Positions 30,318-40,632 are shown, numbered from the stretch's first letter. The stretch: 64,000 nt of DNA from Desulfomonilia bacterium (GCA_050014195.1 JBEKDT010000005.1:32001-96000), one strand, 5' to 3'. The notes: generated by a model not told the origin, from the letters alone. Numbers and translations: made by a program.

Positions 30318-31157
30318 ATGAGGAGATTCATTCTAGGTCCAGTTATATGTGCATTGATCCTTGGGTTTATCTGGGCAGATTTTGGGCAGGCTGCTCAAGC
30401 ACAAACAACCAGCAAGAAGGAGGTAAAATCTGTAGCTGCAAAGAAACACAAAAACTCTAAGAAGATAACAAACATGCAGGCTAGACTCTCAAGCAAGAAA
30501 ACGAATGCTTCCAAGAAAAAGACTAAGCATGCATTAGCAGGCGATGGCAACAAGACCCATAGAAAGACCGTACACGCAAAGAATACGAAAACTACCAAAG
30601 CACATAAGCGCAATCATACACAGTCATCAAGTTCACATACCGATATCAAACCAGCCCTAGACTACGAGCTTCCAACTATGCCGCCTTCAGACCTTTGGCT
30701 GGCAAAAGATTCTCCTGATCTATACAAAGAGGTGATGTATGATGGGCAATTGGATGAGCAAACCATCAAGATCCTTGAATCAGCATACAGCTATCTTGGA
30801 ACTCCATACCGTTGGGGAGGAACGACGCCGAGTGGATTTGATTGTTCCGGGTTCGTTAGGTATGTGTTCAATGAGAATGGTATCCCATTGAGCAGGTCAT
30901 CGCAAGTACAGGCACACGAAGGGAAGTCAGTCAGCCTGTCTGACCTGAGACCGGGGGACCTCATCTTCTTCAAAATGCACCACCGGATCAGGGACCACTA
31001 CCGTGTCAACCATGTTGGGCTCTATGTCGGGAATGGTCAATTTATCCATGCCTCATGTAATTCCCGTACCCATGCGATCACAGTCGAAGACCTCGATTCG
31101 GAGCACTACTTTCCCAGGATCGTGGAGGTCCGGAGGGTTCTCGAAAATATGAATTAG
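30318..31157 (+). CDS. NlpC/P60 (C40) cell-wall peptidase
   Basis: Signal peptide; Lys-rich linker; LGTPYRWGG, FDCSG, PGDLIFF and HVGLY motifs. Confidence 0.93.
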   Translation: MRRFILGPVICALILGFIWADFGQAAQAQTTSKKEVKSVAAKKHKNSKKITNMQARLSSKKTNASKKKTKHALAGDGNKTHRKTVHAKNTKTTKAHKRNHTQSSSSHTDIKPALDYELPTMPPSDLWLAKDSPDLYKEVMYDGQLDEQTIKILESAYSYLGTPYRWGGTTPSGFDCSGFVRYVFNENGIPLSRSSQVQAHEGKSVSLSDLRPGDLIFFKMHHRIRDHYRVNHVGLYVGNGQFIHASCNSRTHAITVEDLDSEHYFPRIVEVRRVLENMN

Positions 31158-31350
31158 GTAAATGGTAAGAACGGTACCTGGTACTATATCAAGTACAGCG
31201 TAAGAAAAAAAAGATGAAAGGAATAGCTTTCTTGTGCTGTGAATTCCTTTTAATATAATGATATTAATAATGATAAAGGCAACAAAGATTCTGTGATTTG
31301 CCTCAAGTGACTATTCCGATATTCCGATCTCTTGCATTGCTTCCCACTTC

Positions 31351-32235
31351 ATGCTTAAGGATCGAACTATGAACAGACATAGACTGCTAACCTATATTCC
31401 GGCCCTGGTGCTTGTGATCTTGCTTTGCCTTGCTGGAGGGTGGGATCCGGCATATACCGCAGACCAGAAGGTATTCGTGCTCTGTTATCATTCCTTCCTC
31501 GGTAACAAGCGCTTTGGTGGTGATATTTCCATGCAGGAGCTCCGCTCTCAAATGGATTACTTCCAGAGCAAGGGGTTCCATTTCATCTCGTTTGCCGATC
31601 TCCTCGAAGGCTCGGTCACAGGGACACAGAACCTGCTTCTCGTTATTGACGATGGGAATCAGAGTGTCTACCCTGCCTATCAGGAGATTCTCAAGCCCCG
31701 GCATATCAAGCCCATGCTGGCTATTTATCCATCCATTATCGGGAAAAAGTCCTTTGCCCTTACCTGGGATCAATTGAAGGAACTCTCAAAAGATGGGTGC
31801 GATATTGCTGCCCATGGGTACTACCATGAACTCATGAACCAGAAATTCTATGATAAAGATAAGAAAGGGTTTCTCAGGGAGATCTACGACGCTAAAGAGA
31901 CCCTGGAGAAAAACCTGAATAAGAAGATCACGGCCTTTGTATATCCGAACGGGGTACGAGCCGACATTACGAAAAAGACATTAAAAGATGCAGGATATTC
32001 TTATGCTTTTACAATCACGTGGGGGCCTGTTCTCTCTCCTATAAGTCTGAACAAAGATCCCTATGAGCTTTCCCGCTACATGATCTGGAGAGACCACGAG
32101 AAAGAAAACTGGCGCATGATTTCAGGTGCAATCCTCAAGGCCTCTGCCAACGGGGGCACTGCCAATACAGCTATTACAAAAGTGCAGGCAGCCACCCATG
32201 GGACCCCGGCTCAAGTAGGGCACTCTCCTCTTTGA
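31351..32235 (+). CDS. Polysaccharide deacetylase (CE4/NodB)
   Basis: LCYH, IDDG, HGYYH and FVYPNG motifs; N-terminal signal or TM segment. Confidence 0.88.
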   Translation: MLKDRTMNRHRLLTYIPALVLVILLCLAGGWDPAYTADQKVFVLCYHSFLGNKRFGGDISMQELRSQMDYFQSKGFHFISFADLLEGSVTGTQNLLLVIDDGNQSVYPAYQEILKPRHIKPMLAIYPSIIGKKSFALTWDQLKELSKDGCDIAAHGYYHELMNQKFYDKDKKGFLREIYDAKETLEKNLNKKITAFVYPNGVRADITKKTLKDAGYSYAFTITWGPVLSPISLNKDPYELSRYMIWRDHEKENWRMISGAILKASANGGTANTAITKVQAATHGTPAQVGHSPL

Positions 32236-32276
32236 TAGGCAATAAGAGTATTTTACAAGGGACATTGATAACCACC

Positions 32277-33728
32277 ATGAATATATATAGAGCTAGGATC
32301 ATACCCGTAATATTTACAATCGGCATGCTTCTTTTACTTCCCGACATGCAGAAGGCTGTTTTTGCCGCTACCTCTGAAGCAAAAGAAAAATATCGGGAAG
32401 CTAATGCGGCATACATTAAGCTATCACGAGATGCAAGCCTCCGGAAGGATGAAACCAACTGGTTGAAGGTGGTGCAAAAGTTTAATGATATCGCAACAGA
32501 ATACCCTGAATCGTCTTTTGCCCCGAAAGCCTTATACATGGAGGGCAAGCTCTATGAGCAGATCTATGGCTACTTCTCGAAAAAACATGACCTTAAGAGT
32601 GCCCTCGAAGCATATGAAACGGTTAACAGAAAATATCCGGATTCTACGATTGCGGCTGATGCCCTTTTCCGGGAGGCCAAAGTCTACGAGGTCAGGCTAG
32701 GAGAGAAAAACAAGGCCATCGAACTATATCATGAGATCGTGAAGAAGTATGCAACGGGAGATATTCCCTTGAAGGCAAGAGAAGCTCTTAACAGCCTTGA
32801 GAAAAACAAGCGCGGTTGTGAAGAGAAGGCCCCCAATGTGGATAATCAGGAAGGTAACGATCTCAAGCACAAGGAGACAAAACAATCTGATAAGACTCTT
32901 GACCAAAACGAGGATGCGATCACTAAAGGCAAAGATGATATACCTTCACAAGGAACGAGCGATCAGTCTTCCGCAACAAAGCGAATCTCACGCAAAATAT
33001 CAAAGATCGTCATTGATCCAGGCCATGGAGGGAGGGACCCCGGTGCTGTAGGACCACATGGTGAGAAGGAAAAAGATATCACCCTTGCAATAGGCATAAC
33101 GCTTGCGAAACGCCTGAGAGCAGAAGGTTTCGAAGTCTTTCTCACCAGGGATGAAGATATCTTTATCCCTCTTGAAGAGCGAACATCCTTTGCAAACAAG
33201 AAGAAGGCAGATCTCTTTATTTCCATCCATGTGAACTCGAACCCCAACAAATCCTTGGATGGGGTTGAGACCTACTTTCTCAACATGACCAAAGATGCCT
33301 ATGCCATTCAAGTTGCTGCAACAGAGAATGAAACAACAACCAAATCGTTGAGTGATCTCCAGTTCATCATCAACGACCTTATGCTTAACAGCAAAATAAA
33401 TGAATCATCCAAGTTTGCCACGTACGTTCAGAACTCCATTATCTCATCTCACAAGAAATCCGACCATACCTGCCAGAACCATGGTGTCAAGCAGGCCCTT
33501 TTCTATGTCCTGGTGGGTGCGCAAATGCCGGCTATCCTGATCGAGACCGGGTTCATCACCAATCCTACCGAAAGTAAACTCTTGCAGAAAGAAACCTACC
33601 AGAACAGTATTATTGACGGCATCATCCATGGCATACATGCATACGCCAACAATGGGACTGGCTCGGGAGTGAATGCAGTCAGAAGCAACCATTCCAGCAT
33701 GAAAAAGAAGAGGTCGGCCAACGAATGA
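32277..33728 (+). CDS. N-acetylmuramoyl-L-alanine amidase (Amidase_3) with N-terminal TPR region
   Basis: IDPGHGG, EKD, ISIHVN and ILIETGF motifs; TPR-like helices; signal peptide. Frame open from 32232. Confidence 0.93.
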   Translation: MNIYRARIIPVIFTIGMLLLLPDMQKAVFAATSEAKEKYREANAAYIKLSRDASLRKDETNWLKVVQKFNDIATEYPESSFAPKALYMEGKLYEQIYGYFSKKHDLKSALEAYETVNRKYPDSTIAADALFREAKVYEVRLGEKNKAIELYHEIVKKYATGDIPLKAREALNSLEKNKRGCEEKAPNVDNQEGNDLKHKETKQSDKTLDQNEDAITKGKDDIPSQGTSDQSSATKRISRKISKIVIDPGHGGRDPGAVGPHGEKEKDITLAIGITLAKRLRAEGFEVFLTRDEDIFIPLEERTSFANKKKADLFISIHVNSNPNKSLDGVETYFLNMTKDAYAIQVAATENETTTKSLSDLQFIINDLMLNSKINESSKFATYVQNSIISSHKKSDHTCQNHGVKQALFYVLVGAQMPAILIETGFITNPTESKLLQKETYQNSIIDGIIHGIHAYANNGTGSGVNAVRSNHSSMKKKRSANE

Positions 33729-34825
33729 GAAAGAGAAGGAAAAAGATCAAAGTCAATCAAGCTATTCTCTTTGCCATATTTGCAATCATACTGGTCCTTG
33801 TGGGGGCAGTCATATTTCTGGAAAAAGGTATGCACAGAAAGGAAGCACCCATAATACCTTCAGTTCCGCAGAAGCCGGTGGAAACAGAATTGATGATCAA
33901 GGGCTGTCTGTTCGATCTCGGAATTCATAAAGACCAGACAACGACCCGCAATCACACAATCAAGGTGGAGTCCCGTGAAAACTTCACCCGTGATCAGTTG
34001 TCATTCGCATTCAAACCAGTCGAAAAATACGGAAGCATCGAGATCAAGGATATCGGGCATGCAACAATAGAAGTCGGTGACGAGACCTGGATGATTGAAT
34101 TCATTTACCCGGGAAAGGGAGTAGCCGCTGTGATTCCTCCCAAGCCTTTCATCCCTGCTTTTCCAACAGGCTATATGGCCATCATTGTGGATGACATGGG
34201 GCCTGATATGAAGCCCGCGGAACAGCTCTCTTCCATAGATGGAGATCTCACCTTCTCTGTCATGCCCAAGCGCCCTCACTCACAAGAGGTTGCACTATAT
34301 CTCCATACAAAGGGCCGTGAGGTCATGTTACATCTGCCAATGCAAGGTGCTGCCGGTCATGACCCCGGTGAGGGAGCGATCTTCAAGGGCATGGCCCCTG
34401 ATCAGATCCGGACCATCCTGCTGGGTGATATCAGGGCCGTACCGTATATATCTGGTGTGAACAATCATATGGGCTCCGAAGTGACTCAGGATCGGGAAAT
34501 CATGATGCTTGTTGAAACAGAGCTTAAAAATAAGAAGCTCTTCTATATCGATAGCCTTACCTCAGGTAAATCCGTGGGATTTAAGGTTGCTCAGGAGATT
34601 GGCCTTCCCTGGAATAAACGTGATGTGTTCCTTGATGATGAGCAGAATGAAGCCTACATCCTGGGCCAGCTTGAAGAGCTGAAAAGAAAAGCTGTAAAAC
34701 ATTCAAGCGCTATTGGCATCTGCCACCCGCACCCTGAGACTATTGCTGTATTACAGAGGGAGGTGCCCAAGCTTAAGGATGAAGGGATAACACTCGAACG
34801 TGTTTCAAGGCTTATTCACGAATAA
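33725..34825 (+). CDS. Divergent polysaccharide deacetylase (YibQ family)
   Basis: IVDDMG, LHLPM, NNHMGS, RDVFLD and ICHP motifs; ATGA overlap with the amidase gene. Confidence 0.92.
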   Translation: MRKRRKKIKVNQAILFAIFAIILVLVGAVIFLEKGMHRKEAPIIPSVPQKPVETELMIKGCLFDLGIHKDQTTTRNHTIKVESRENFTRDQLSFAFKPVEKYGSIEIKDIGHATIEVGDETWMIEFIYPGKGVAAVIPPKPFIPAFPTGYMAIIVDDMGPDMKPAEQLSSIDGDLTFSVMPKRPHSQEVALYLHTKGREVMLHLPMQGAAGHDPGEGAIFKGMAPDQIRTILLGDIRAVPYISGVNNHMGSEVTQDREIMMLVETELKNKKLFYIDSLTSGKSVGFKVAQEIGLPWNKRDVFLDDEQNEAYILGQLEELKRKAVKHSSAIGICHPHPETIAVLQREVPKLKDEGITLERVSRLIHE

Positions 34826-34885
34826 TGGTTGGGTGTCTTAAACAAATCAAACTGAATAGAATGTAACTGCTACAGGAAGTAAAGA

Positions 34886-36421
34886 ATGCAAACAAATCAA
34901 GGAAACAAGGAACTCAAAGGGTTAGGAGGCTGGCTAATCCTGGTTGGAATAGGTGTACTTGTTGCTCCATTCAAGACAGGTGCCGTTTTAATAAATACAT
35001 TTCTCCCGATTTTTTCTCATGGAATGTGGGCTATATTAACCGACCCAACCAGTAATGCGTATCACCCGCTATGGGGTCCATATATACTATCGGAAGTCAT
35101 TACCAACATCGGTCTGTTGGCCGCTTCTTCGTATATGATTCTTTTATTTTTCAAGAAATCAAAAAGCTTTCCGAAGTGGTTCATGACAATCTCTGTCTTG
35201 TCTTTACTCATAATAATTGTAGACACTTTTGCAGTCAAATTGATCCTGCCGGGGAAACCTGTAGTTAACCTTGCCTTTATTGAAAATACCACTACCGCTT
35301 TCGTGACATGTTTGATTTGGGTTCCGTATATGCTTGTTTCAAAAAGAGTTAAATCGACTTTTGTTCAGGAATTTGATTTTCGTTACCTTCATGCTCCTGC
35401 ATCGAAGCTGCAGAAATTCTCAATAGGGTTAATCATCGTTTCCTTGTTCGTTATGATTTACCTATGGGCTGCCGGATACGGGATTTCCGCTTTCAGCAGG
35501 ATTAACTATGAGCAAGTGAGCAGCCTTGAGACTCTCTTCTTGAGTGTCATTCTGGAATCGCTCCCCTTTCTCCTTATCGGGGCATTTGTCTCTGCAGTAA
35601 TAGAGGTGTTTATTTCCGAAGAGACAATAGCCGGGTTCTTGCCGAAGAGAACTCTTCCCGGTCTGATCGCAGCAGCATTCATGGGGATGATCTTCCCTAT
35701 ATGTGAATGTGGAATTGTCATGGTGGCAAGTCGTCTCATAAGGAAGGGGGTACCCCTTCATATCGCTATTACTTTCATGCTGGCCGCTCCGGTAATCAAC
35801 CCGGTTGCTTTGGTTTCCACAATAATGGCTTTCCCCACAGGGTCAATGGCGGTTTACAGGATTGTCGGAACATTTATTGTATCAGTCTTTGCCGGGTTGA
35901 TAACCTATTTGCACTTCGGCAGTCAAAACATCTTAAGAGAAGATACCTGCGACAACCATAGCCACCGTGATTGTAGCGATCACCCTGATAACTACCACTC
36001 TGAGTCATTGTCTGCCAAGCTCAATGATGTTCTATTGCATACCTGCAATGAGTTTTTTACTATGGGCATGTATTTTATCATCGGCGCTTTTCTTGCCTCC
36101 CTTGTTCAGGTCGTCATTCCAAGAAGCGCAATAGCAAGCGTGGGTCATGGAAAGATTTTGTCAATACCCGTGATGATGCTATTTGGTTTTGGACTATCAA
36201 TCTGTTCAAGTGCCGATGCGTTTGTAGCAAGGGCTATGTCCTCTTCGTTTTCAACAGGGTCAATTGTCGCATTCCTTGTTTATGGTGCCATGATTGATTT
36301 GAAAAACACCCTGATGATGTCCAGTCAGTTTAAGGCATCTTTTGTATCGCTTTTAATCCTGATTGTTACCCTTTTAACTTTCAGCTATGCTCTTATCAGC
36401 GTCAATCTGCTCGGAGTATAA
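34886..36421 (+). CDS. DUF2569-like membrane domain fused to a DUF318/YcgR-type permease
   Basis: N-terminal GLGGWL...SKRVKSTFV; then LESLPF, PICECG, APVINP and SICSSADAF motifs; His-rich loop. Confidence 0.85.
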   Translation: MQTNQGNKELKGLGGWLILVGIGVLVAPFKTGAVLINTFLPIFSHGMWAILTDPTSNAYHPLWGPYILSEVITNIGLLAASSYMILLFFKKSKSFPKWFMTISVLSLLIIIVDTFAVKLILPGKPVVNLAFIENTTTAFVTCLIWVPYMLVSKRVKSTFVQEFDFRYLHAPASKLQKFSIGLIIVSLFVMIYLWAAGYGISAFSRINYEQVSSLETLFLSVILESLPFLLIGAFVSAVIEVFISEETIAGFLPKRTLPGLIAAAFMGMIFPICECGIVMVASRLIRKGVPLHIAITFMLAAPVINPVALVSTIMAFPTGSMAVYRIVGTFIVSVFAGLITYLHFGSQNILREDTCDNHSHRDCSDHPDNYHSESLSAKLNDVLLHTCNEFFTMGMYFIIGAFLASLVQVVIPRSAIASVGHGKILSIPVMMLFGFGLSICSSADAFVARAMSSSFSTGSIVAFLVYGAMIDLKNTLMMSSQFKASFVSLLILIVTLLTFSYALISVNLLGV

Positions 36422-36427
36422 TAATAT

Positions 36428-37174
36428 ATGGTTTTTGCCAAGCTGCCAGGCCTAATACGAGCATTGCTTTTGTTTGGATTCGGATATTTTTTAATGCACG
36501 TTGTTTCGAGTGGTGATGTCCTTTTGTACATTCATCCCAGGTTTATATTGGGAATCAAGATTTCCTATTGTTTTTTTTATGCACTAGCGCTGGTTCAATT
36601 TATAAATACATTGAACCCGCAAGAAATTCTGCACCATGAGCTCAAAAGGGGATGGGGAATGTATGTTATTTTTATCGTTCCGTTAGTCATTGGATTGCTC
36701 GTGCCCCCTAAGGCGCTGAGCTCATATATGGTAAATCAGAAGGGTATCAACCTGACGAATAACCAGCAGGTAAGCGGGAGATCAGTGGGGTCTGCAATGG
36801 TTCACAATTATGCAGCAAATTGGAAACCTGTCATTACCGACAATACATTCATGTATGCAATGTATATGCTGGCTTTACAGCCTCAGAGCTTTGTAGACAA
36901 AAATATCGACTTTGTAGGTTTTGTGTATAAAGATAAAGAGTTCCGCAAAAATCAATTAGTGGTTGCTCGCTTTGCTATTACCTGTTGCACAGCTGATGCA
37001 CAGGTTTTGGGGCTTATGTGCTTATATAATAATGCTGATGCTTTTGCCAAGGATGATTGGGTAAGGGTCAAAGGTATCATTAAAACAGAACATGACTTGA
37101 CAGGGACCTATCCAACGGTTGAGGTTACTTCAATAAAGAAGGTGCCTCCACTAAAAATGCCGTATGTATTCTGA
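36428..37174 (+). CDS. TIGR03943/YcgQ family permease partner
   Basis: LYIHPR, GFVY, ARFAITCCTADA and DDWVRVKG motifs; C-terminal PYVF. Confidence 0.88.
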   Translation: MVFAKLPGLIRALLLFGFGYFLMHVVSSGDVLLYIHPRFILGIKISYCFFYALALVQFINTLNPQEILHHELKRGWGMYVIFIVPLVIGLLVPPKALSSYMVNQKGINLTNNQQVSGRSVGSAMVHNYAANWKPVITDNTFMYAMYMLALQPQSFVDKNIDFVGFVYKDKEFRKNQLVVARFAITCCTADAQVLGLMCLYNNADAFAKDDWVRVKGIIKTEHDLTGTYPTVEVTSIKKVPPLKMPYVF

Positions 37175-37263
37175 AGTATCCTGATTATCTTCAGCACATC
37201 CACTGAATGAGAGGTGATAGAGGCTATTGGATGTATTTTGAGTTAGCTTATAGTTATTATGCC

Positions 37264-37440
37264 TTATTTTTTCTTTAGTTCTTCACCACAACAAGAAAAT
37301 GTGCATCCCTTTACGCAGCATGATGCGGAAGAGCCTTCTGGCTCCTTACATTCTTTGCATTCTTGAACTATTTTAATCTCAAGGCCACATTCTTTGCGCG
37401 TGTAGATCTCACCTTTTTTCATTGTAGCGCAACTCAGCAT
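37264..37440 (-). CDS. 58-aa Cys-rich, desulforedoxin-like putative metal-binding protein
   Basis: Not in the ORF track. MLSCATMKKGEIYTRKECGLEIKIVQECKECKEPEGSSASCCVKGCTFSCCGEELKKK, 9 Cys; AGGAGG RBS. Confidence 0.8.
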   Translation of the reverse strand: MLSCATMKKGEIYTRKECGLEIKIVQECKECKEPEGSSASCCVKGCTFSCCGEELKKK

Positions 37441-37646
37441 GGATACCTCCTTAATTTTTCTTGATATTTAATAAGCAATCTTGCCTACAATTGAAAATAT
37501 AGATCTGCGGAGACTGTTGAATTAATATTTTCAAAATTGGTGTAGCCCCAAAATTTTTAAAAATCTACTTCCGCTTGCTAAAAAAATACTTCAATTACCG
37601 TTGCGCAATCATACCTAAGTTTTAAGGACTCGGCTCGGATAATGTT

Positions 37647-38654
37647 TCACTTCATATAACCTTCGGTTATGTAATAATTCACCTTATCGTAGAGAAAGAT
37701 GATGCGGTTGTTGAGCTCAAGGGTGCTGTAGATCTCAACGGGCGAACTGAGTATTCTTTGCCTGATCACGTGCGTCCAGATGTTCTTCCTGCTCAGGGCA
37801 AGGGCATTGAGGATGTCGGGGAGCGGGATATCGAGCTTCCTCATCTTTGACCCCGCCTCGATAAATCGCCGTACTACAAAGGGTTTCTTCTTCCGCTCCA
37901 AGCCGTCTTTAATGCCATGAAGCACAACCTTGTTTATGCCGCGGAGCATGTTCATATGATGTTCCAGAGACGGTATGGCCGCCTTCACCTCGTCCGCCCA
38001 GTGCCTCGTGATCTCCTCCCTGTCCTTGTCGATGATCTTGATGAGGATGTTCGACAGTACCATTCCATGCGAGGTCGTCCCCGACGGTATGGCCTGATCC
38101 ATTCCAAGAGCAGGAAAGAGCTGCTTGAAGGAGTCCACCATGGCCCAGGAATCCCGGTAAAGATCCACATAGATGCGCACCGCTTTTTCATTGGATGACC
38201 AGGCGAGAGGGGGAAGATCGAATATGGGGAAGTATTTTGCATCTATGGCATCATCACCCGGACTGAGAACCCCGCCCGTGGCCCTCACCTCGTAGGTCAC
38301 GATGGCAAGGCTTCCGTAGAAATCGTTATCAATGGTGTCCACATCGATGAGCCTCAGGTTCTCACCGGTGATGCCGGCCTCCTCCTTGAGCTCCCTCAAT
38401 GCGGCGTCCTTTACCTCCTCCCCGCTCTCGGCAAACCCGATGGGCAGGCACCACATGCCCTTGTACGGATCCTTTTTGCGCTGCACGAGCAGAACTTCTC
38501 TGCTCTCGTTCACCACAAGAGCGCAAGCCACGGGCAAGGGGTTTTCATAGAAGACCGTGGTGCAGCTCATGCACAGGTCCCGCTCCTTGCCCTCAACATG
38601 CCTCCTCACCACGGGCTTGGCGCAATAGGGGCAGAATATCCGCTGTTTCTTCAC
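37647..38654 (-). CDS. Zn-ribbon NUDIX hydrolase with C-terminal RsbRD-N-like helical domain
   Basis: CPYC...CMSC; NUDIX box GFAESGEEVKDAALRELKEEAG; GTG start after GGAGG overlaps the upstream stop (GTGA). Confidence 0.85.
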   Translation of the reverse strand: MKKQRIFCPYCAKPVVRRHVEGKERDLCMSCTTVFYENPLPVACALVVNESREVLLVQRKKDPYKGMWCLPIGFAESGEEVKDAALRELKEEAGITGENLRLIDVDTIDNDFYGSLAIVTYEVRATGGVLSPGDDAIDAKYFPIFDLPPLAWSSNEKAVRIYVDLYRDSWAMVDSFKQLFPALGMDQAIPSGTTSHGMVLSNILIKIIDKDREEITRHWADEVKAAIPSLEHHMNMLRGINKVVLHGIKDGLERKKKPFVVRRFIEAGSKMRKLDIPLPDILNALALSRKNIWTHVIRQRILSSPVEIYSTLELNNRIIFLYDKVNYYITEGYMK

Positions 38655-39529
38655 GCAATCCTCCTGCCATGAACGGGCAGAGCGCACCGGAATATCCCGT
38701 CATCCTTATTAAGGATCACATTTCCGTATATGCGCGTATGCTCATATGAGGTCTTTTTGAATGCTGCCATAACCGCATCGATCTTTGAGGGCTGCCCTTC
38801 AAGAACCTCCTTGAAGAAGAGGGGCTTCTTGATATTGATGTATTCCATAAAATCACTGAACCGTGAGAACGGGAAGATGAGGGAATTCTCGTAGACCATG
38901 CGCTCAACCTTCTCGAAGTGGGGAGTCAGCAGCACCTCTCCTTCCTCGAGAGAGAATGCCTCAAAGAGCTCGTGGATCTTCATATCATCGGGCGGTTCCA
39001 ACCCGGCCGTCTTCATGCCGGCAGACACGAACTCCGTCACTTCATGGAGGGAATGCTTGCTGTGGGTCACCGCGATGAAGAGGCCGCTGTGCCTAAGGAT
39101 CCTTGCGATCTGTGGGATAAGGTGCGGGAAGAAATACAGCGAGTAGCTCGTAATGATGAGATCAAAGCCGGAATCCGCCATATCCGTTGTGAGATCGGCG
39201 CTCCCTTGGATAAATGTACCCTCGTATCCCATCTGACTTACCGTGCTCAGAAAGATATCCCGGTTGTTCTTTTCAATCACATCGATGCCAATGACATGGG
39301 AGCCTGAGTTCAGCCTTCCGGAGAGCCACTCAGTGAAGAAACCGTATCCGCACCCCAGGTCGAGCACATCCTTCACATGCGAAAGGTCGAGCCCCTCAAG
39401 CGCGGCATCACGGATGTCTATCGTGTTGAGCGCATATTCCTGAATGATGTCCTTGCACCGGCGGTGCCAGATTACCTCTTCGTAGGTCTTCCTTATGTCT
39501 TCATAGGAAAAGAGTTCCTGCACGTTCAC
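38651..39529 (-). CDS. Class I SAM-dependent methyltransferase
   Basis: VLDLGCGYG, GID, FDLI and RILRHSG motifs. Confidence 0.88.
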   Translation of the reverse strand: MNVQELFSYEDIRKTYEEVIWHRRCKDIIQEYALNTIDIRDAALEGLDLSHVKDVLDLGCGYGFFTEWLSGRLNSGSHVIGIDVIEKNNRDIFLSTVSQMGYEGTFIQGSADLTTDMADSGFDLIITSYSLYFFPHLIPQIARILRHSGLFIAVTHSKHSLHEVTEFVSAGMKTAGLEPPDDMKIHELFEAFSLEEGEVLLTPHFEKVERMVYENSLIFPFSRFSDFMEYINIKKPLFFKEVLEGQPSKIDAVMAAFKKTSYEHTRIYGNVILNKDDGIFRCALPVHGRRIA

Positions 39530-39633
39530 ACCCCTTCATTCATGTAGGCGGAACAATAAAACAAATCAACATTCCGGCCTTGCCAATGTATCTTCACGCA
39601 AGATACAATACAATCTTTAATAAGGAGGGGCCC

Positions 39634-40632
39634 ATGGAACAACAAGACGTATACCGGGAATTGTCCAAAAAACTCATGATGGAGAATTCTACCGTACTCC
39701 CCAAGATCTGGCGGGTAGTTTGCAGTGAGGAAGAGGCCAAGCTTGTGAATCGGCTCCCTGCCACCCTGGATCAGCTGGTACAGGAATCCGGCGAAGCTGC
39801 ATCCAAGATGCAGGCTATCATCGATGGGCTCTTCCACCGGGGTGCGGTATTTGAGTTCGTCAAAGACGGCACCACCTTTTATCGCATGCCCCGGCACATA
39901 ATACAGTTCCACGACGCCACCATCCTCTGGCCCGAGGCCCCTGAAGAATTTTTTAAGCTTTGGGAGGTGTTCGAAGAGACTGATTACCCCCAGCTTCTTG
40001 AGTTGGTGACCACCATCAAACTGCCTTCCTTTATGCGGGTGATCCCCGTAGGCGAGACCATAGAGGCCAAGAACCAGGTGCTGGCTTTTGAAGATGCCAG
40101 GAAGATACTCGAAAACGCCGGTGCAATCGCTGTCACCACATGCGTTTGCAGGAAGCTCATGAAGCGATGCGACGGACCCTTGGAGGTATGCCTCCAGTTG
40201 GGCCGGGGTGCCGAGTATACCATTAAACGCGGGACCGGAAGAAAGGTAAGCCTCGATGAGGCTGTCGCTATCCTCAAACTATCGGAGGAAGCAGGCCTTG
40301 TACATATGACGGAAAATACCGCGGGACGTTCCAATGTGCTGTGCAACTGCTGCAACTGCTGCTGCGAGATGCTCAGGTTCGCGAACAACGACAAGACCAA
40401 AGGCGTGCTTGCACCGAGCCGGTTCCAGGCAAAGGTAGATGCTCTGAGCTGCACGGGATGCGGGATGTGCGTTGAGATCTGCCCGGTGGAGGCCATTGCA
40501 CTGAGCGCTGAAGATACCGCCGAGGTGAGCGCGGAGGCATGCATCGGCTGCGGCCTGTGCGCCACAGTGTGTCCCGTGGAGACCATTACCCTGATCGAGG
40601 TACGGCCCAAGGAGTTCATACCGGGAACATAG
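39634..40632 (+). CDS. 4Fe-4S binding protein
   Basis: CVC, CNCCNCCC and two CxxCxxCxxxCP motifs; AGGAGG RBS. Confidence 0.88.
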   Translation: MEQQDVYRELSKKLMMENSTVLPKIWRVVCSEEEAKLVNRLPATLDQLVQESGEAASKMQAIIDGLFHRGAVFEFVKDGTTFYRMPRHIIQFHDATILWPEAPEEFFKLWEVFEETDYPQLLELVTTIKLPSFMRVIPVGETIEAKNQVLAFEDARKILENAGAIAVTTCVCRKLMKRCDGPLEVCLQLGRGAEYTIKRGTGRKVSLDEAVAILKLSEEAGLVHMTENTAGRSNVLCNCCNCCCEMLRFANNDKTKGVLAPSRFQAKVDALSCTGCGMCVEICPVEAIALSAEDTAEVSAEACIGCGLCATVCPVETITLIEVRPKEFIPGT

